Origin: an uncultured Clostridia bacterium
Lineage (GTDB): Bacteria; Bacillota; Clostridia; Oscillospirales; Acutalibacteraceae
Assembly (NCBI GenBank): GCA_944384995.1
Contig: CALWVN010000007.1
Span: 4,348 to 68,347, forward strand
DNA length: 64,000 bases
Direction: 5' to 3'
Shown: positions 38,201 to 47,552 of the stretch, in pieces
Position numbering within the stretch: the first letter of the stretch is position 1
Layout of the letters: every line of letters starts with the position of its first letter
Made by a program: the position numbers and the translations under genes
The notes under the pieces: generated by a model
Told to the model about the DNA's origin: nothing
The model's database searches: none
What the model saw: the letters and a program-made list of their open reading frames with translations, nothing else

Positions 38201-38822
38201 CGGCTTCGGCGGTGTGGACCATGTCCTTGCCACGGGCGAAGATGTGAACATCATGGTCTTCGACACCGAGGTCTATTCCAACACCGGCGGTCAGGCCTCC
38301 AAGGCTTCCAACATCGGCCAGGTCGCACAGTTCGCGGCGGCGGGCAAATCCGTTGCCAAGAAGAGCCTTGCCGAGATCGCTATGAGCTATGGCTACGTGT
38401 ATGTGGCGCAGATCGCCATGGGCGCCGACCAGAACCAGACCATCAAGGCGCTGGTGGAAGCCGAAGCCTATCACGGCCCGTCCATCATCATCGCCTACGC
38501 CCCCTGCGAGATGCACTCCATCAAGGGCGGCATGGTCAACTGCCAGGCAGAGATGAAAAAAGCTGTGGACTGCGGCTACTGGAATATGTTCCGCTACAAT
38601 CCCGCGCTCAAGGCCGAGGGCAAGAACCCCTTCACCGTTGACAGCAAGCCGGCTTCTGCCAGCTATCAGGACTTCCTGATGAACGAGGCGCGCTACTCCT
38701 CTCTGACCCGTTCCTTCCCCGAACGCGCAAAGGTTCTCTTCCAGGAATCGGAGGACGTTGCGAAAGCACGGTACGCACACCTGCTTAAGCTCAAAGACCT
38801 CTACGCACCGGACGCAGAATAA
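35256..38822 (+). CDS. nifJ: Pyruvate:ferredoxin (flavodoxin) oxidoreductase
   Basis: 1188 aa. MAETKKPIVSRKSKSMDGNNAAAYVSYAFTEVAGIYPITPSS..., two ferredoxin-type CxxCxxCxxxCP motifs and the TPP motif GGDGWAYDIG. AAGGAGG lies upstream of ATG 35256. Confidence 0.95.
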   Translation: MAETKKPIVSRKSKSMDGNNAAAYVSYAFTEVAGIYPITPSSPMADYVDQWAAQGQKNIFGTTVRVAEMQSEAGAAGTVHGSLAAGALTTTYTASQGLLLMIPNMYKIAGELLPSVFHVSARCVASHALNIFGDHSDVYACRQTGFAMLAETNPQEVMDLGAVAHLAAIEGRVPFINFFDGFRTSHEIQKIKVWDYEDLKEMCNMDAVHAFRKRALNPERPVMRGSHENGDIFFQHREACNKYYDAVPAVVEKYMDKVNEKLGTDYKLFNYYGAPDAERVIVAMGSICDVAEEVIDYLTAKGEKVGLVKVRLYRPFSVKHFADAIPASVKKIAVLDRTKEPGSIGEPLFLDVVAALDEAGRNIEVCGGRYGLGSKDTPPASVFAVYEHLEKEHPERRFTIGINDDVTHLSLPEKPSPNTAAEGTIECKFWGLGGDGTVGANKDSIKIIGDHTDKYVQAYFQYDSKKTGGVTISHLRFGDKPIKSPYYINKADFVACHNPSYIEKGFKMVQDVKPGGVFLINCQWDAAELAEKLNAETKRYIAQNNIQLYTVNAIDIAAEIGLGKRTNTVLQSAFFSLSKVLPEAEAIGYMKEKAQKFMKKGKEIVEMNEKAIDAGASAYVKIDVPAEWANATDDAQPATDKGPAKLVKMVDSIMKPVGKMDGDSLPVSAFVDHADGTFEQGASAYEKRGVAVMVPEWNPDTCVQCNKCAYVCPHATIRPYALDAEEAAAAPAVATLADKKGKGKDVYKYTMAVSPMDCMGCGVCVGVCPTNSLKMVPRESQDEKQAAFDYMVENVSVKEDLANNTVIGSQYKTPLLEFSGSCAGCAETSYARLITQLFGDRMYISNATGCSSIWGGPAATSPYTVNKDGHGPAWANSLFEDNAEHGYGMYLGQNAIRNRLIDEVKAIADSDKATEAVKAACGAYLDTVNDGDKNTAAAKDLVAALEAFDCDCDARKDILDNKEYLSKKSIWIFGGDGWAYDIGFGGVDHVLATGEDVNIMVFDTEVYSNTGGQASKASNIGQVAQFAAAGKSVAKKSLAEIAMSYGYVYVAQIAMGADQNQTIKALVEAEAYHGPSIIIAYAPCEMHSIKGGMVNCQAEMKKAVDCGYWNMFRYNPALKAEGKNPFTVDSKPASASYQDFLMNEARYSSLTRSFPERAKVLFQESEDVAKARYAHLLKLKDLYAPDAE

Positions 38823-38848
38823 TCGTCTGACGGGAAACGCTAAAACCA

Positions 38849-38886
38849 AAACCGCCCCGGGGCTCGGCCTCGGGGCGGTTCGTCTT
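38849..38886 (+). terminator. Probable terminator after nifJ
   Basis: Stem AACCGCCCCG / CGGGGCGGTT followed by CGTCTT (a weak T-tract). Confidence 0.5.
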
Positions 38887-38959
38887 ACATGTATTTCTAT
38901 TGACAATTTTCGCGGCGTATACTACAATGACGGTAGAAAATTTCCGCGAGGTGAACGAT

Positions 38960-39454
38960 ATGAAAACTTGTCCGAACTGCCACAACGCTGTCGGCGATAC
39001 CGATACATTCTGCGCCGTTTGCGGCGCGGCGCTGCAAGCCGCACCTACGCAAAACGCGCCCATATATAACACTGTGCCGCCCTACGGCGCTAACGCCACA
39101 GGCGGTGCACCCGTGAAATACTGCCAGCACTGCGGCAATCCGTGCGACGTCAATGCAGCCGTCTGCCTGAAATGCGGCTGCGCATTTACGCCGACACAGC
39201 CTGCCAAAGTCGATGAACCGTCCATCTGGCTGCGTATCGCCTGTTTCTTCATTCCCGTTTTGGGGCTGATCATGTTCTTGGTTGAACGCGATGAGCGCCC
39301 GAAATGCGCGAAATCCTACGGTATGGCTGCACTGATCTCCGTGATTCTGCAAGTCGTTTTCTTTATTCTGATCTATGTTTTGATATTTGCGATTTTCGGC
39401 GTGGCGTTTTCCACTGCGGTTACGGATTATTCCTATTACATGATGATGCTTTGA
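38960..39454 (+). CDS. Double zinc-ribbon membrane protein
   Basis: MKTCPNCHN...CAVCG...CQHCGN...CLKCG, then 3 predicted TM helices. GAGGTGA lies upstream. Confidence 0.7.
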   Translation: MKTCPNCHNAVGDTDTFCAVCGAALQAAPTQNAPIYNTVPPYGANATGGAPVKYCQHCGNPCDVNAAVCLKCGCAFTPTQPAKVDEPSIWLRIACFFIPVLGLIMFLVERDERPKCAKSYGMAALISVILQVVFFILIYVLIFAIFGVAFSTAVTDYSYYMMML

Positions 39455-39465
39455 TCGATTTAAGC

Positions 39466-39508
39466 AAAACAGGCGGGTATCCGAATGGATACCCGCCTGT
39501 TTGTTTGT
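39466..39508. terminator. Bidirectional terminator between the zinc-ribbon gene and hpf
   Basis: Stem AACAGGCGGGTATCC / GGATACCCGCCTGTT, with a T-rich flank on the plus side (TGTTTGTT) and a weaker one (TTGCTT) on the minus side. Confidence 0.75.
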
Positions 39509-39512
39509 TGGA

Positions 39513-40043
39513 TTATGCTTCTTCCGCCTGCGGCTCTAAGATCGAATAGCCGCCGTCCTTGCGGCGGTACACGACATTGACCGCGCCCGAATCCGCATTG
39601 AGGAACATATAAAACGTGTGCCCGAGCATATTCATCTGCAAGATCGCTTCTTCTGCGCTCTGCGGGCGAAGCTCCACCGCCTTGGTGCGCACGATGTCGA
39701 ACTCCTCTTCCTCCGCTTCGGGCGCGTTGAACACCTCGTCAAACGAGACCTCGCGCAAGCGGCGCTCCAGCTTGGTTTTATTTTTACGGATCTGCCGAAT
39801 GAGGGAGTCCACGCAGGCGTCCAGCGCATCCTCCAGATCCTGCGCACGTTCCTGCGCACGGAATATAAAGCCGCCCTTTTGGAGCGTGATTTCAACTACT
39901 TTGGCGTTTTTCTCAACCGTCGCCGTGATTTTGGCGGTTGCCTCCGAACCGAAAAATTTTTCCACCTTTTGCAGCTTTTTTGCCGCGTGTTCCTTAAAGG
40001 ACTCTCTGGGTGTGCATTTTCTGCCGACAATGGTAATGTTCAT
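39513..40043 (-). CDS. hpf: Ribosome hibernation-promoting factor (long form)
   Basis: MNITIVGRKCTPRESFKEHAAKKLQKVEKFF..., plus a C-terminal dimerisation domain (RTKAVELRPQSAEEAILQMNMLGHTFYMFLN). Confidence 0.92.
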   Translation of the reverse strand: MNITIVGRKCTPRESFKEHAAKKLQKVEKFFGSEATAKITATVEKNAKVVEITLQKGGFIFRAQERAQDLEDALDACVDSLIRQIRKNKTKLERRLREVSFDEVFNAPEAEEEEFDIVRTKAVELRPQSAEEAILQMNMLGHTFYMFLNADSGAVNVVYRRKDGGYSILEPQAEEA

Positions 40044-40165
40044 TACAACATCCCCTTTTGTATATATTCAAAGGCGTTGCTGCCTTTGTTTTCAAGAACA
40101 GTATAGCACACATTCGGCAAAGAATAAAGACGGAATTTGAAAATTTTGTTAAAAATCTCTAATTT

Positions 40166-41008
40166 TTATAGAACGGCTTTCGCATGGCGCGTGACATGGC
40201 AGCCGATGTTCACGGCGGCGGGCAGCCCCGCGATGTGCGTCGGCGCGGTCTCGATATTGACGCACAGCGCCGTGGTTTTGCCGCCGAAGCCCTGCGGCCC
40301 GATCCCCAAAGCGTTGATGCGTTCGAGCAGCGTGCGCTCCATATCGGCATAAAACGGATTCGAGTTGCGCTCGGAAACGGGGCGGCAAAGCGCTTTTTTA
40401 GCAAGGTAGGCGCAATACTCGAAATCGCCGCCGAAGCCCACGCCGACGACCATCGGCGGGCAGGGGTTGCCGCCCGCGTCTTTCACGACCTGCACGACGA
40501 AATCCATGAGATCCTCCGCCTTGGCGCTCGGCGTGAACATGCGAAGCCGGCTCATGTTCTCGCTGCCGAAGCCCTTGGGCGCGGCGACAATGGAAATATG
40601 TTCGCCGGGAACGATGCGCGTATGGATCACGGCGGGCGTGTTGTCCTCGGTATTCACGCGGTCGAGCGGGTCGCGCACCACGGATTTGCGCAAAAGCCCC
40701 TCGGTATAGCCCTTGGCAACGCCGCGGTTGACTGCTGCTTCAAAATCACCGCCTGTAATGTGTACATCCTGCCCGATCTCGAAAAACAGCACCGCCATCC
40801 CTGTATCCTGACAGATCGGTACATCGAGCTTACGCGCGGCGTCCAGATTTTCACAAAGCGTGTCCATGATTTTTTTCGGCAGCGGCTCGCTTTCCGTTAT
40901 CCCCGCGGCAGCGATGCGCGCGCAGAGGTCGCCGGGCAGGACTTTATTCGCTTGGATCAAAAGCCTTGCGACGGTATTTTCAATTTCGGAAGCATGGATC
41001 TCGCGCAT
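40166..41008 (-). CDS. Fe-S-type fumarate/tartrate hydro-lyase, alpha (catalytic) subunit
   Basis: 280 aa. ...LDVPICQDTGMAVLFFEIGQDVHI...AAPKGFGSEN...CPPMVVGVGFGG are class-I fumarase alpha-domain motifs. Confidence 0.85.
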   Translation of the reverse strand: MREIHASEIENTVARLLIQANKVLPGDLCARIAAAGITESEPLPKKIMDTLCENLDAARKLDVPICQDTGMAVLFFEIGQDVHITGGDFEAAVNRGVAKGYTEGLLRKSVVRDPLDRVNTEDNTPAVIHTRIVPGEHISIVAAPKGFGSENMSRLRMFTPSAKAEDLMDFVVQVVKDAGGNPCPPMVVGVGFGGDFEYCAYLAKKALCRPVSERNSNPFYADMERTLLERINALGIGPQGFGGKTTALCVNIETAPTHIAGLPAAVNIGCHVTRHAKAVL

Positions 41009-41072
41009 GGGTATCCCCTTTCAAAACCGTGCGGGCAAGCGATCTCGCCTGCCCGCGCCTGTTTCTGCAAAA

Positions 41073-41519
41073 TTATCTTTTCTTCGAGTAAGAACTGCGG
41101 CGGCCACCGTCGGTCGCGCGTTTTAAGTCGGAGATCTTTTCGTCGCTGACCTGCTTGAAGCGCGCCATCATATCCTCAAAGGTGCGCGGCTCCTCGCGGT
41201 GCGTCTCATTTCCGCGCCAAACGTTCGGCGCGCTCTTCTGCCGCGGCGAACCGCTGCGGCGCGGATGCTCCTGTTTGCCCTCGGGCGCCGGATTCGCCTT
41301 TTTGATGGACAGACTGATTTTTCCCTCAGGCGTGACATCCAAAACCTTGACCTTGACCGTTTGATTTTCCTGCAGGAAATCATGGATGTCGTTCACATAG
41401 CTTTGAGACACCTCGGAAATGTGCACCATGCCGGTCACATTTCCCGGCAGCGTAACAAACGCGCCGAACCCCGTAAGTCCCGTAACCTTGCCTTCGAGAA
41501 TTTCCCCAACTTCGACCAT
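41073..41519 (-). CDS. S1 RNA-binding domain protein (YabR-like)
   Basis: EVGEILEGKVTGLTGFGAFVTLPGNVTGMVHISEV is an S1 fold, followed by a basic tail. Conserved position after divIC. Confidence 0.85.
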   Translation of the reverse strand: MVEVGEILEGKVTGLTGFGAFVTLPGNVTGMVHISEVSQSYVNDIHDFLQENQTVKVKVLDVTPEGKISLSIKKANPAPEGKQEHPRRSGSPRQKSAPNVWRGNETHREEPRTFEDMMARFKQVSDEKISDLKRATDGGRRSSYSKKR

Positions 41520-41562
41520 AGAAACGATAAGTCTCCTCCTGCCAAGCTATGACGAGTGTACG

Positions 41563-41862
41563 TCAGTTGCTCGGCGTAATATCATAGTATACCTTTTCAT
41601 CAGGCATAACATATCCCAGCTTTTCACGGGCGACGCGCTCGATATACTCAGACTCGTCGCCGCCGTCCACGACTGCCTGCAAACGCTCGTTTTCGGCAAC
41701 CTGCTGCGTTATCTGCTCCTGCAGCGCGGCAGCCTCCTTTTCCTTTTCGCGGATATCGAGCTGCGTGCTGACAAAAGAAATGACAAAATACCCTACTGCA
41801 AGCAGCAGAGCCAGAGAAAGAATGAAGCTATGTTTTTGCTTTTTTCTTTTTCGTTTTGCCAT
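41563..41862 (-). CDS. divIC: Septum formation initiator (DivIC/FtsB family)
   Basis: MAKRKRKKQKHSF, a TM helix, a coiled coil (EKEKEAAALQEQITQQVAENERLQ) and YIERVAREKLGYVMPDE. Confidence 0.85.
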   Translation of the reverse strand: MAKRKRKKQKHSFILSLALLLAVGYFVISFVSTQLDIREKEKEAAALQEQITQQVAENERLQAVVDGGDESEYIERVAREKLGYVMPDEKVYYDITPSN

Positions 41863-42418
41863 GATGTTTCTTTCCGTCACTTTCGGCTTGTGCGTATACT
41901 TCGCCCTCGGACGATACTCTATCGTTTTGATTATACAACAAGTGTCGTACACTTTGCAAGTATATTTTTGATTTTTTTGCCGAAGTTTTCGACTTTTTCT
42001 GTGCTTTTTGAACATTTTTAGCAAAAAAAAGCTTACAAAACACTGCAAAACGCTTCAGCGGCGCCAAGAAAAAGCGCAAAATCACACGAAAAAAGCGGCG
42101 CACGGCGGCGATGATCTTGTCGAACAGCTGCATGACAAGGACCCCAACAGTGAAATAATACACCAAAAAGCCTATCAGCTCACCGAACAGCACATACCCG
42201 CGCACACTGCCGCCGTGCACCGTCAGCGCAAACAGGAAGGTCAGGAACGCTGCTGAAAAGGCAAACAGCACATCGGAGATGAAAAACGCTTTTTTGCCGT
42301 CGGAGACCGCATGCCGCACGGCACGAAACACGTCGTAAAGCAGCCCGATCAAAAAGCCGAAGCCGACAGCATAGAGAAAAGCTGTCACCTGCTGCGGGAT
42401 GTCCGCGATATAGGTCAT
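41828..42418 (-). CDS. yabQ: Spore cortex biosynthesis protein YabQ
   Basis: TM-rich N-terminus (FLYAVGFGFLIGLLYDVFR) and conserved yabP-yabQ-divIC synteny. It overlaps the divIC start by 35 nt. Confidence 0.75.
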   Translation of the reverse strand: MTYIADIPQQVTAFLYAVGFGFLIGLLYDVFRAVRHAVSDGKKAFFISDVLFAFSAAFLTFLFALTVHGGSVRGYVLFGELIGFLVYYFTVGVLVMQLFDKIIAAVRRFFRVILRFFLAPLKRFAVFCKLFFAKNVQKAQKKSKTSAKKSKIYLQSVRHLLYNQNDRVSSEGEVYAQAESDGKKHHGKTKKKKAKT

Positions 42419-42708
42419 CAGCGGAACACCCGGCTAAAGAACGAACCGCGGCTTTCCTTGGACTGTTCGGCGTAAGAAAGCGAAGCAATATCGCCTTCGA
42501 CCGCAAGCTCGCCCATTTCAAGGCTCAATCGGCTGATGTGCAGGTCCGCACCCTTGACGGTCAGCTCGCCAAGCTCCGTAAACACAACGATCATCTGTTC
42601 GTCGAAGCTGTCCACATCGGAAACGCCCGAAACCGTCAGCCGACGCCGATCCTCCAGCACGACGCTGTGCGGCATTTTCATCAGGTTATTGGTATTGCCC
42701 TCGTTCAT
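42418..42708 (-). CDS. yabP: Sporulation protein YabP
   Basis: HSVVLEDRRRLTVSGVSDVDSFDEQMIVVFTELGELTVKGADLHISRLSLE. Confidence 0.88.
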   Translation of the reverse strand: MNEGNTNNLMKMPHSVVLEDRRRLTVSGVSDVDSFDEQMIVVFTELGELTVKGADLHISRLSLEMGELAVEGDIASLSYAEQSKESRGSFFSRVFR

Positions 42709-42781
42709 AAACAGACCTCCTTTGTCCTTCTATATGTATGCGGACAAAGGAGGCTGTATGCGTTTTCAAAGTCTATGCGGG

Positions 42782-43546
42782 TTATTCCTCTTCGAGCAGG
42801 GATTGCAGCAGCACCGGGCGGCGCGTGGTAATATTGTCGGGCGACAAAGTCAGCAAATTGCGCTGCACGAATTTGTTGTCCGCCGTCCAGAAGGATACCT
42901 TTAAGCCCTCTTCGTGGAACACCTCCACGAGCGCCTTGCTTGCGTTGTTGTAGTGACAGTTGAGCCCCACCGCGCCGCTGCGCTGTACTTCATTTGCCAC
43001 ACTGCGCAAATAGGCGCGGTCCTCAAGCTGAAACCGATTGAGGTCGGCATTGAGGTAATAGGGAATGCCGGGTGCATCGATTTTGACCGTTTGGGTATGA
43101 TCCGCCGTCACGCCGGTGAAGAAGCAGCGCGCCTGCATGCCGCAGCGCACGATGGTATCATATACGGCGGGGATATTGGAAAACGCCTTGAGATCAAGGT
43201 TCACCTGCACGCTGTCGGAGCCTTCGGCAACACGGCGCAGGGCATCCTCCAACAAAACGCCCTCATCGTCACCCGCCGTTTCGGCATGCAGCAGGACGGG
43301 CGTACCGTCGTTGCGCACGCTGACGTCTACTTCCATGACAGGGACGCCAAGCTCAAGCGCCTTTTCAATAAACGCCATGGAATTGTCCGCCGTGTCCTCA
43401 CAACCGCTGTGCGCGGTATAGGTAAATCCCTCGGGCAGGCGGATCTCCCCATTCAGAATACGGTGCAGCTCTACACCCGCGCGCACAGCGATCAGCGCGC
43501 CGGCAGCGCTCAAGCCAAGTGCGACGATTTTTAAGATCTTTTTCAT
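42782..43546 (-). CDS. Glycerophosphodiester phosphodiesterase family protein (membrane-anchored or secreted)
   Basis: MKKILKIVALGLSAAGALIA signal/anchor, then AHSG...EVDVSVRNDGTPVLLH GDPD motifs. Confidence 0.75.
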   Translation of the reverse strand: MKKILKIVALGLSAAGALIAVRAGVELHRILNGEIRLPEGFTYTAHSGCEDTADNSMAFIEKALELGVPVMEVDVSVRNDGTPVLLHAETAGDDEGVLLEDALRRVAEGSDSVQVNLDLKAFSNIPAVYDTIVRCGMQARCFFTGVTADHTQTVKIDAPGIPYYLNADLNRFQLEDRAYLRSVANEVQRSGAVGLNCHYNNASKALVEVFHEEGLKVSFWTADNKFVQRNLLTLSPDNITTRRPVLLQSLLEEE

Positions 43547-43557
43547 GGGCGTCTCCT

Positions 43558-44160
43558 TTACTGCTCTATGTCTTTCAGCCAAACCCCGTCCGCCTTGACT
43601 TTTTCAACACGATCGCCCGTCACGAAATAGACGTTGCGGGCAATATCCATCATGGCACGGTCGTTTACGGAATCGGTGTAAAACTCGTCAATGGGCACAT
43701 CGCCGTATTGCTCGCGGTAGGCGGTTATCTTCGCCTCCCGATAGCAAAGGCGGCCGATCTCGCCGGTTTTCAGATCGACCTCGGTGCCGATGAAATGCTG
43801 CACGCCGATACGCCGGCAGATCTCCGAAAGCATCACCTCGGGGCAGGCGGACACGATCACGTCGTCATCGCGGCGGATCTTTAAGTAAAAGTTCTTGATC
43901 TTCTTTTCGTGCCTGTCCCAAAACTCGACGATACTTTGATCAATATCGTCTAACTGTGCGCAGCATTCCCGTAGGATATAGCCGTATTCGCTTTTGACTT
44001 CACTAAGCGCTACTTTACCCATTTTGTATCGCACAAAGCCCTCGCCGACCTTTGGGATATAGCGGGCAATCAGTTTCGGCTCTTTTTTCAGATAAAACAA
44101 AAAAATATCCAGCCCACTCTCACCGTCATAGATCGTATTATCAAAATCAAAAACGCGCAA
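43558..44160 (-). CDS. HAD-IB family hydrolase
   Basis: TTG start after GGAGG. The DxD motif is in RVFDFDNTIYDG, and YTDSVNDRAMM lies near the C-terminus. Confidence 0.75.
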   Translation of the reverse strand: MRVFDFDNTIYDGESGLDIFLFYLKKEPKLIARYIPKVGEGFVRYKMGKVALSEVKSEYGYILRECCAQLDDIDQSIVEFWDRHEKKIKNFYLKIRRDDDVIVSACPEVMLSEICRRIGVQHFIGTEVDLKTGEIGRLCYREAKITAYREQYGDVPIDEFYTDSVNDRAMMDIARNVYFVTGDRVEKVKADGVWLKDIEQ

Positions 44161-44244
44161 AATTCCGCCTCCGCAGTTTTAAAATTGTAAACCGCACGAT
44201 GAAAAAGCAAAGCCGCCCCCGTTAAGGAACGGCAATCCATGTTT

Positions 44245-44580
44245 TTAACCGCGCAGCGCACGCTCCAGCCAAATCTCAGCGATATCCATAGCGGCGAACA
44301 GCCCTTTTTTCTCGCTGGTTTTGATCACGCGCTCCTTAGCGCTTGCATCCGGGTCGGTGCTTAAAAGCTGTACCGTGACCTTTGAAGCTAAGTCATACCC
44401 TTCAAAATCCTTTTTCGAGGTGATGCGCAGCATAATGACATAATCGTCCGACATGTTGCCGTAATAGATCGTGTCGCCGTTGCGCACCAGAGGCTTGCCT
44501 TTATAGGTCAAAAAATCCTGTTTTGCCGGCTTTGCGGGCTTCTCCGTCTTCTCCTGTTTCGCCTGTTTCTCCTGTGCCAT
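44245..44580 (-). CDS. Hypothetical protein (Lys/Gln-rich N-terminus, small beta-rich domain)
   Basis: ATG 44580 lies 8 nt after AAGGAG. No motif was recognised. It is tightly spaced after ireB. Confidence 0.55.
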   Translation of the reverse strand: MAQEKQAKQEKTEKPAKPAKQDFLTYKGKPLVRNGDTIYYGNMSDDYVIMLRITSKKDFEGYDLASKVTVQLLSTDPDASAKERVIKTSEKKGLFAAMDIAEIWLERALRG

Positions 44581-44592
44581 GCGCTTCACTCC

Positions 44593-44859
44593 TTACTTGC
44601 CGTCCGAACCGATTTGCAGATAATTTTTCACAAGCGCCTGCAAAAGCTCATCGCGATCCAGCCGGCGGATCAGGCTGCGGGCGTTGTTATGGGTCGTGAT
44701 ATATGTCGGGTCTTCGGACAAAATATACCCGACGATCTGACTGATGGGATTGTATCCCTTTTCCCGAAGCGCCTCGTACACCGCAACGATGGTTTGGCGC
44801 ATCGTCTCTTCGTGCTCGTCCTTGATGGAAAACTGAATGGTCTTGTTCAGATCCGGCAT
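44593..44859 (-). CDS. ireB: IreB-family regulatory phosphoprotein (UPF0297)
   Basis: [55 protein letters not shown]. Confidence 0.88.
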   Translation of the reverse strand: MPDLNKTIQFSIKDEHEETMRQTIVAVYEALREKGYNPISQIVGYILSEDPTYITTHNNARSLIRRLDRDELLQALVKNYLQIGSDGK

Positions 44860-44958
44860 ACAGTGCCTCCCCTTCCGATATCGGCGCGTTTTCCCGCCGC
44901 CGAAACGAATATATTATATACGAACCGCAGACAAAAAACAATATGTTTCCGTCAAATT

Positions 44959-45660
<702 letters not shown>

Positions 45661-45818
45661 ACAGCTTCCCCGCGCAGCGACTGTCCGCGCGGCGCTCCTT
45701 TCCGGCACAAAATCATTCCATATTGAATCATAGCCGATTTTTTCCTATATTTCAATGGACAAATTGTGAATTTTCATGCGGTTTTCGGTCAATCTAAGCG
45801 TATGAGGAGTGAAAAGCA

Positions 45819-46262
45819 ATGGCTACCACCGGAAAAGAATACGATTCCATGACCAAAAAGGCGTCGCCGCCCTCGAAAAAAGCAAAAGATCTGTTTTGCG
45901 CATTCGCAATCGGGGGATTCATCTGCACGCTCGGACAGGTATTTACGTGGCTGTATACGCGCGCAGGGTTTTCCGAGGACGGCGTGAAGGCGGCAACACC
46001 CGTCACGCTGATCGCCCTGACGGCGGTGCTCACGGGCATCGGCGTATTCGATAAGATCGCCAAAGTGGCGGGCGCGGGGACGGTCGTGCCGATCACAGGC
46101 TTTGCGAATTCCATTGTCTCCCCCGCCATGGAGTTCCAGGCAGAGGGACGTGTGCTCGGCACGGGCGCCAAGCTGTTTTCCATTGCGGGACCGGTCATCG
46201 CCTATGGCACGTTCGCGGCGGTCCTCTACGGGCTTATCGCCTATATTTTCAAGCTATATTAA
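45819..46262 (+). CDS. spoVAC: Stage V sporulation protein AC
   Basis: CAFAIGGFICTLGQ...GAGTVVPITGFANSIVSPAMEF. Confidence 0.9.
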   Translation: MATTGKEYDSMTKKASPPSKKAKDLFCAFAIGGFICTLGQVFTWLYTRAGFSEDGVKAATPVTLIALTAVLTGIGVFDKIAKVAGAGTVVPITGFANSIVSPAMEFQAEGRVLGTGAKLFSIAGPVIAYGTFAAVLYGLIAYIFKLY

Positions 46263-46277
46263 AGGGAAGGCGCTTTT

Positions 46278-47306
46278 ATGGCAGTAAGACAAGGCAGATA
46301 TACGCTGAATCTCCCGTCGCGCCCGTCCATCATCGGCAACGCCGCCGTCGTCGGTAAAACCGAGGGGGAAGGGCCGCTGAAAGCCGAATTCGACCACATT
46401 TATACGGACGACACGCTCGGGGAAATTTCGTTTGAAAAGGCGGAAAGCACCCTGCAGCGCGAAGCGGTCATCCGCGCGCTCGACAAAGCGGGCAAAACGC
46501 CCGCCGAAGTGGATTTCATCCTCGCGGGCGACCTTTTGAACCAGTGCATCGGCACGTCGTTCGGACTGCGGGAGCTGAATATCCCGTTTTTGGGGATGTA
46601 CGGCGCGTGCTCGACCATGTCGCTCTCCTTAGGGCTTGCAAGCGTTTTGGTGGACACAAAAGCGGCGGACGTGGCGGTCGCCTCGACCTCCTCGCACTTC
46701 TGCTCGGCGGAACGGCAGTTCCGCCAGCCCTTAGAATACGGCGGGCAGCGTCCGCCCACGGCACAGCGCACGGCGACCGCCGCAGGTGCGAGCGTCGTGG
46801 CGGCGGCCACACCCGAAAAGCCGTGCGTGGAGGCAGTCACGTTCGGTCGGATCGTGGACTTAGGCGTAAAGGATGCAAACAACATGGGTGCGGCTATGGC
46901 GCCCGCCGCCGCGCAGACTATTGCGGACTTTTTAACTGACACGGGCAGCACGCCGCAGGATTACGATCTGATCTTAACGGGCGACTTGGGTCTTGTGGGG
47001 ACAAAACTCTTAAAGGAGCTTTTGCAGAAAGACCACGGCGTAGATCTCGGCGACCGGCACGCGGACTGCGGGCTGCTGCTGTATGACCTGGAAGCGCAGG
47101 ACGTACACGCGGGCGGCTCGGGCTGCGGGTGCGCAGGCTCGGTGTTCAACTCCTATATCCTGCGCCGTGTGACCGCCGGGGAATTAAAGCGCGTGGTTTT
47201 GGTGGCGACGGGGGCGCTGATGTCGCAGACCTCGTCCTTGCAGGGCGAAAGCATCCCGTCTATCGCACACGCGGTGCTCGTGAGCGCGCCGCAAAACATT
47301 TTGTAA
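46278..47306 (+). CDS. spoVAD: Stage V sporulation protein AD
   Basis: 342 aa, thiolase-like fold. IIGNAAVVGKTEGEGPL...GMYGACSTM... Confidence 0.9.
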   Translation: MAVRQGRYTLNLPSRPSIIGNAAVVGKTEGEGPLKAEFDHIYTDDTLGEISFEKAESTLQREAVIRALDKAGKTPAEVDFILAGDLLNQCIGTSFGLRELNIPFLGMYGACSTMSLSLGLASVLVDTKAADVAVASTSSHFCSAERQFRQPLEYGGQRPPTAQRTATAAGASVVAAATPEKPCVEAVTFGRIVDLGVKDANNMGAAMAPAAAQTIADFLTDTGSTPQDYDLILTGDLGLVGTKLLKELLQKDHGVDLGDRHADCGLLLYDLEAQDVHAGGSGCGCAGSVFNSYILRRVTAGELKRVVLVATGALMSQTSSLQGESIPSIAHAVLVSAPQNIL

Positions 47307-47316
47307 ATCGGATGGA

Positions 47317-47499
47317 ATGGAGAACGATATGGAGCAGTTTTTACGCGATCTGCGCCTTGTGCGTGCAGGCACGCAGATCTTGCGCGTTTTGTGCTTTTTG
47401 AAAACCGTACTGACGGTTGGGATAATCGTCTTTAGCGTTTTGGAAGCCTGCGGCATACTTTCCGAACGGAAAAACACCGCAGGGAAGCTTACGGCATAA
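47317..47499 (+). CDS. Hypothetical 60-aa single-TM protein in the position normally held by spoVAE
   Basis: The ORF has a weak RBS and one hydrophobic helix (LCFLKTVLTVGIIVFSVLEACGIL). A terminator follows. It is not SpoVAE-like. Confidence 0.3.
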   Translation: MENDMEQFLRDLRLVRAGTQILRVLCFLKTVLTVGIIVFSVLEACGILSERKNTAGKLTA

Positions 47500-47514
47500 C
47501 GCCGTAACACAACA

Positions 47515-47552
47515 AACAGGCAGTCCGCACAAAAACGGGCTGCCTGCTTTTC
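47515..47552. terminator. Bidirectional terminator between convergent genes
   Basis: Stem CAGGCAGTCC...GGGCTGCCTG with TTTTCTT on the plus side and TTTGTTGTG on the minus side. Confidence 0.7.

Noticed and set aside
40044-40165. Possible raiA-motif RNA upstream of hpf (raiA)
   Set aside because: Only about 120 nt of AT-rich spacer is available, and it contains a plausible extended -10 promoter (TGCTATACT). That is too short and too unstructured for the >200-nt raiA motif.
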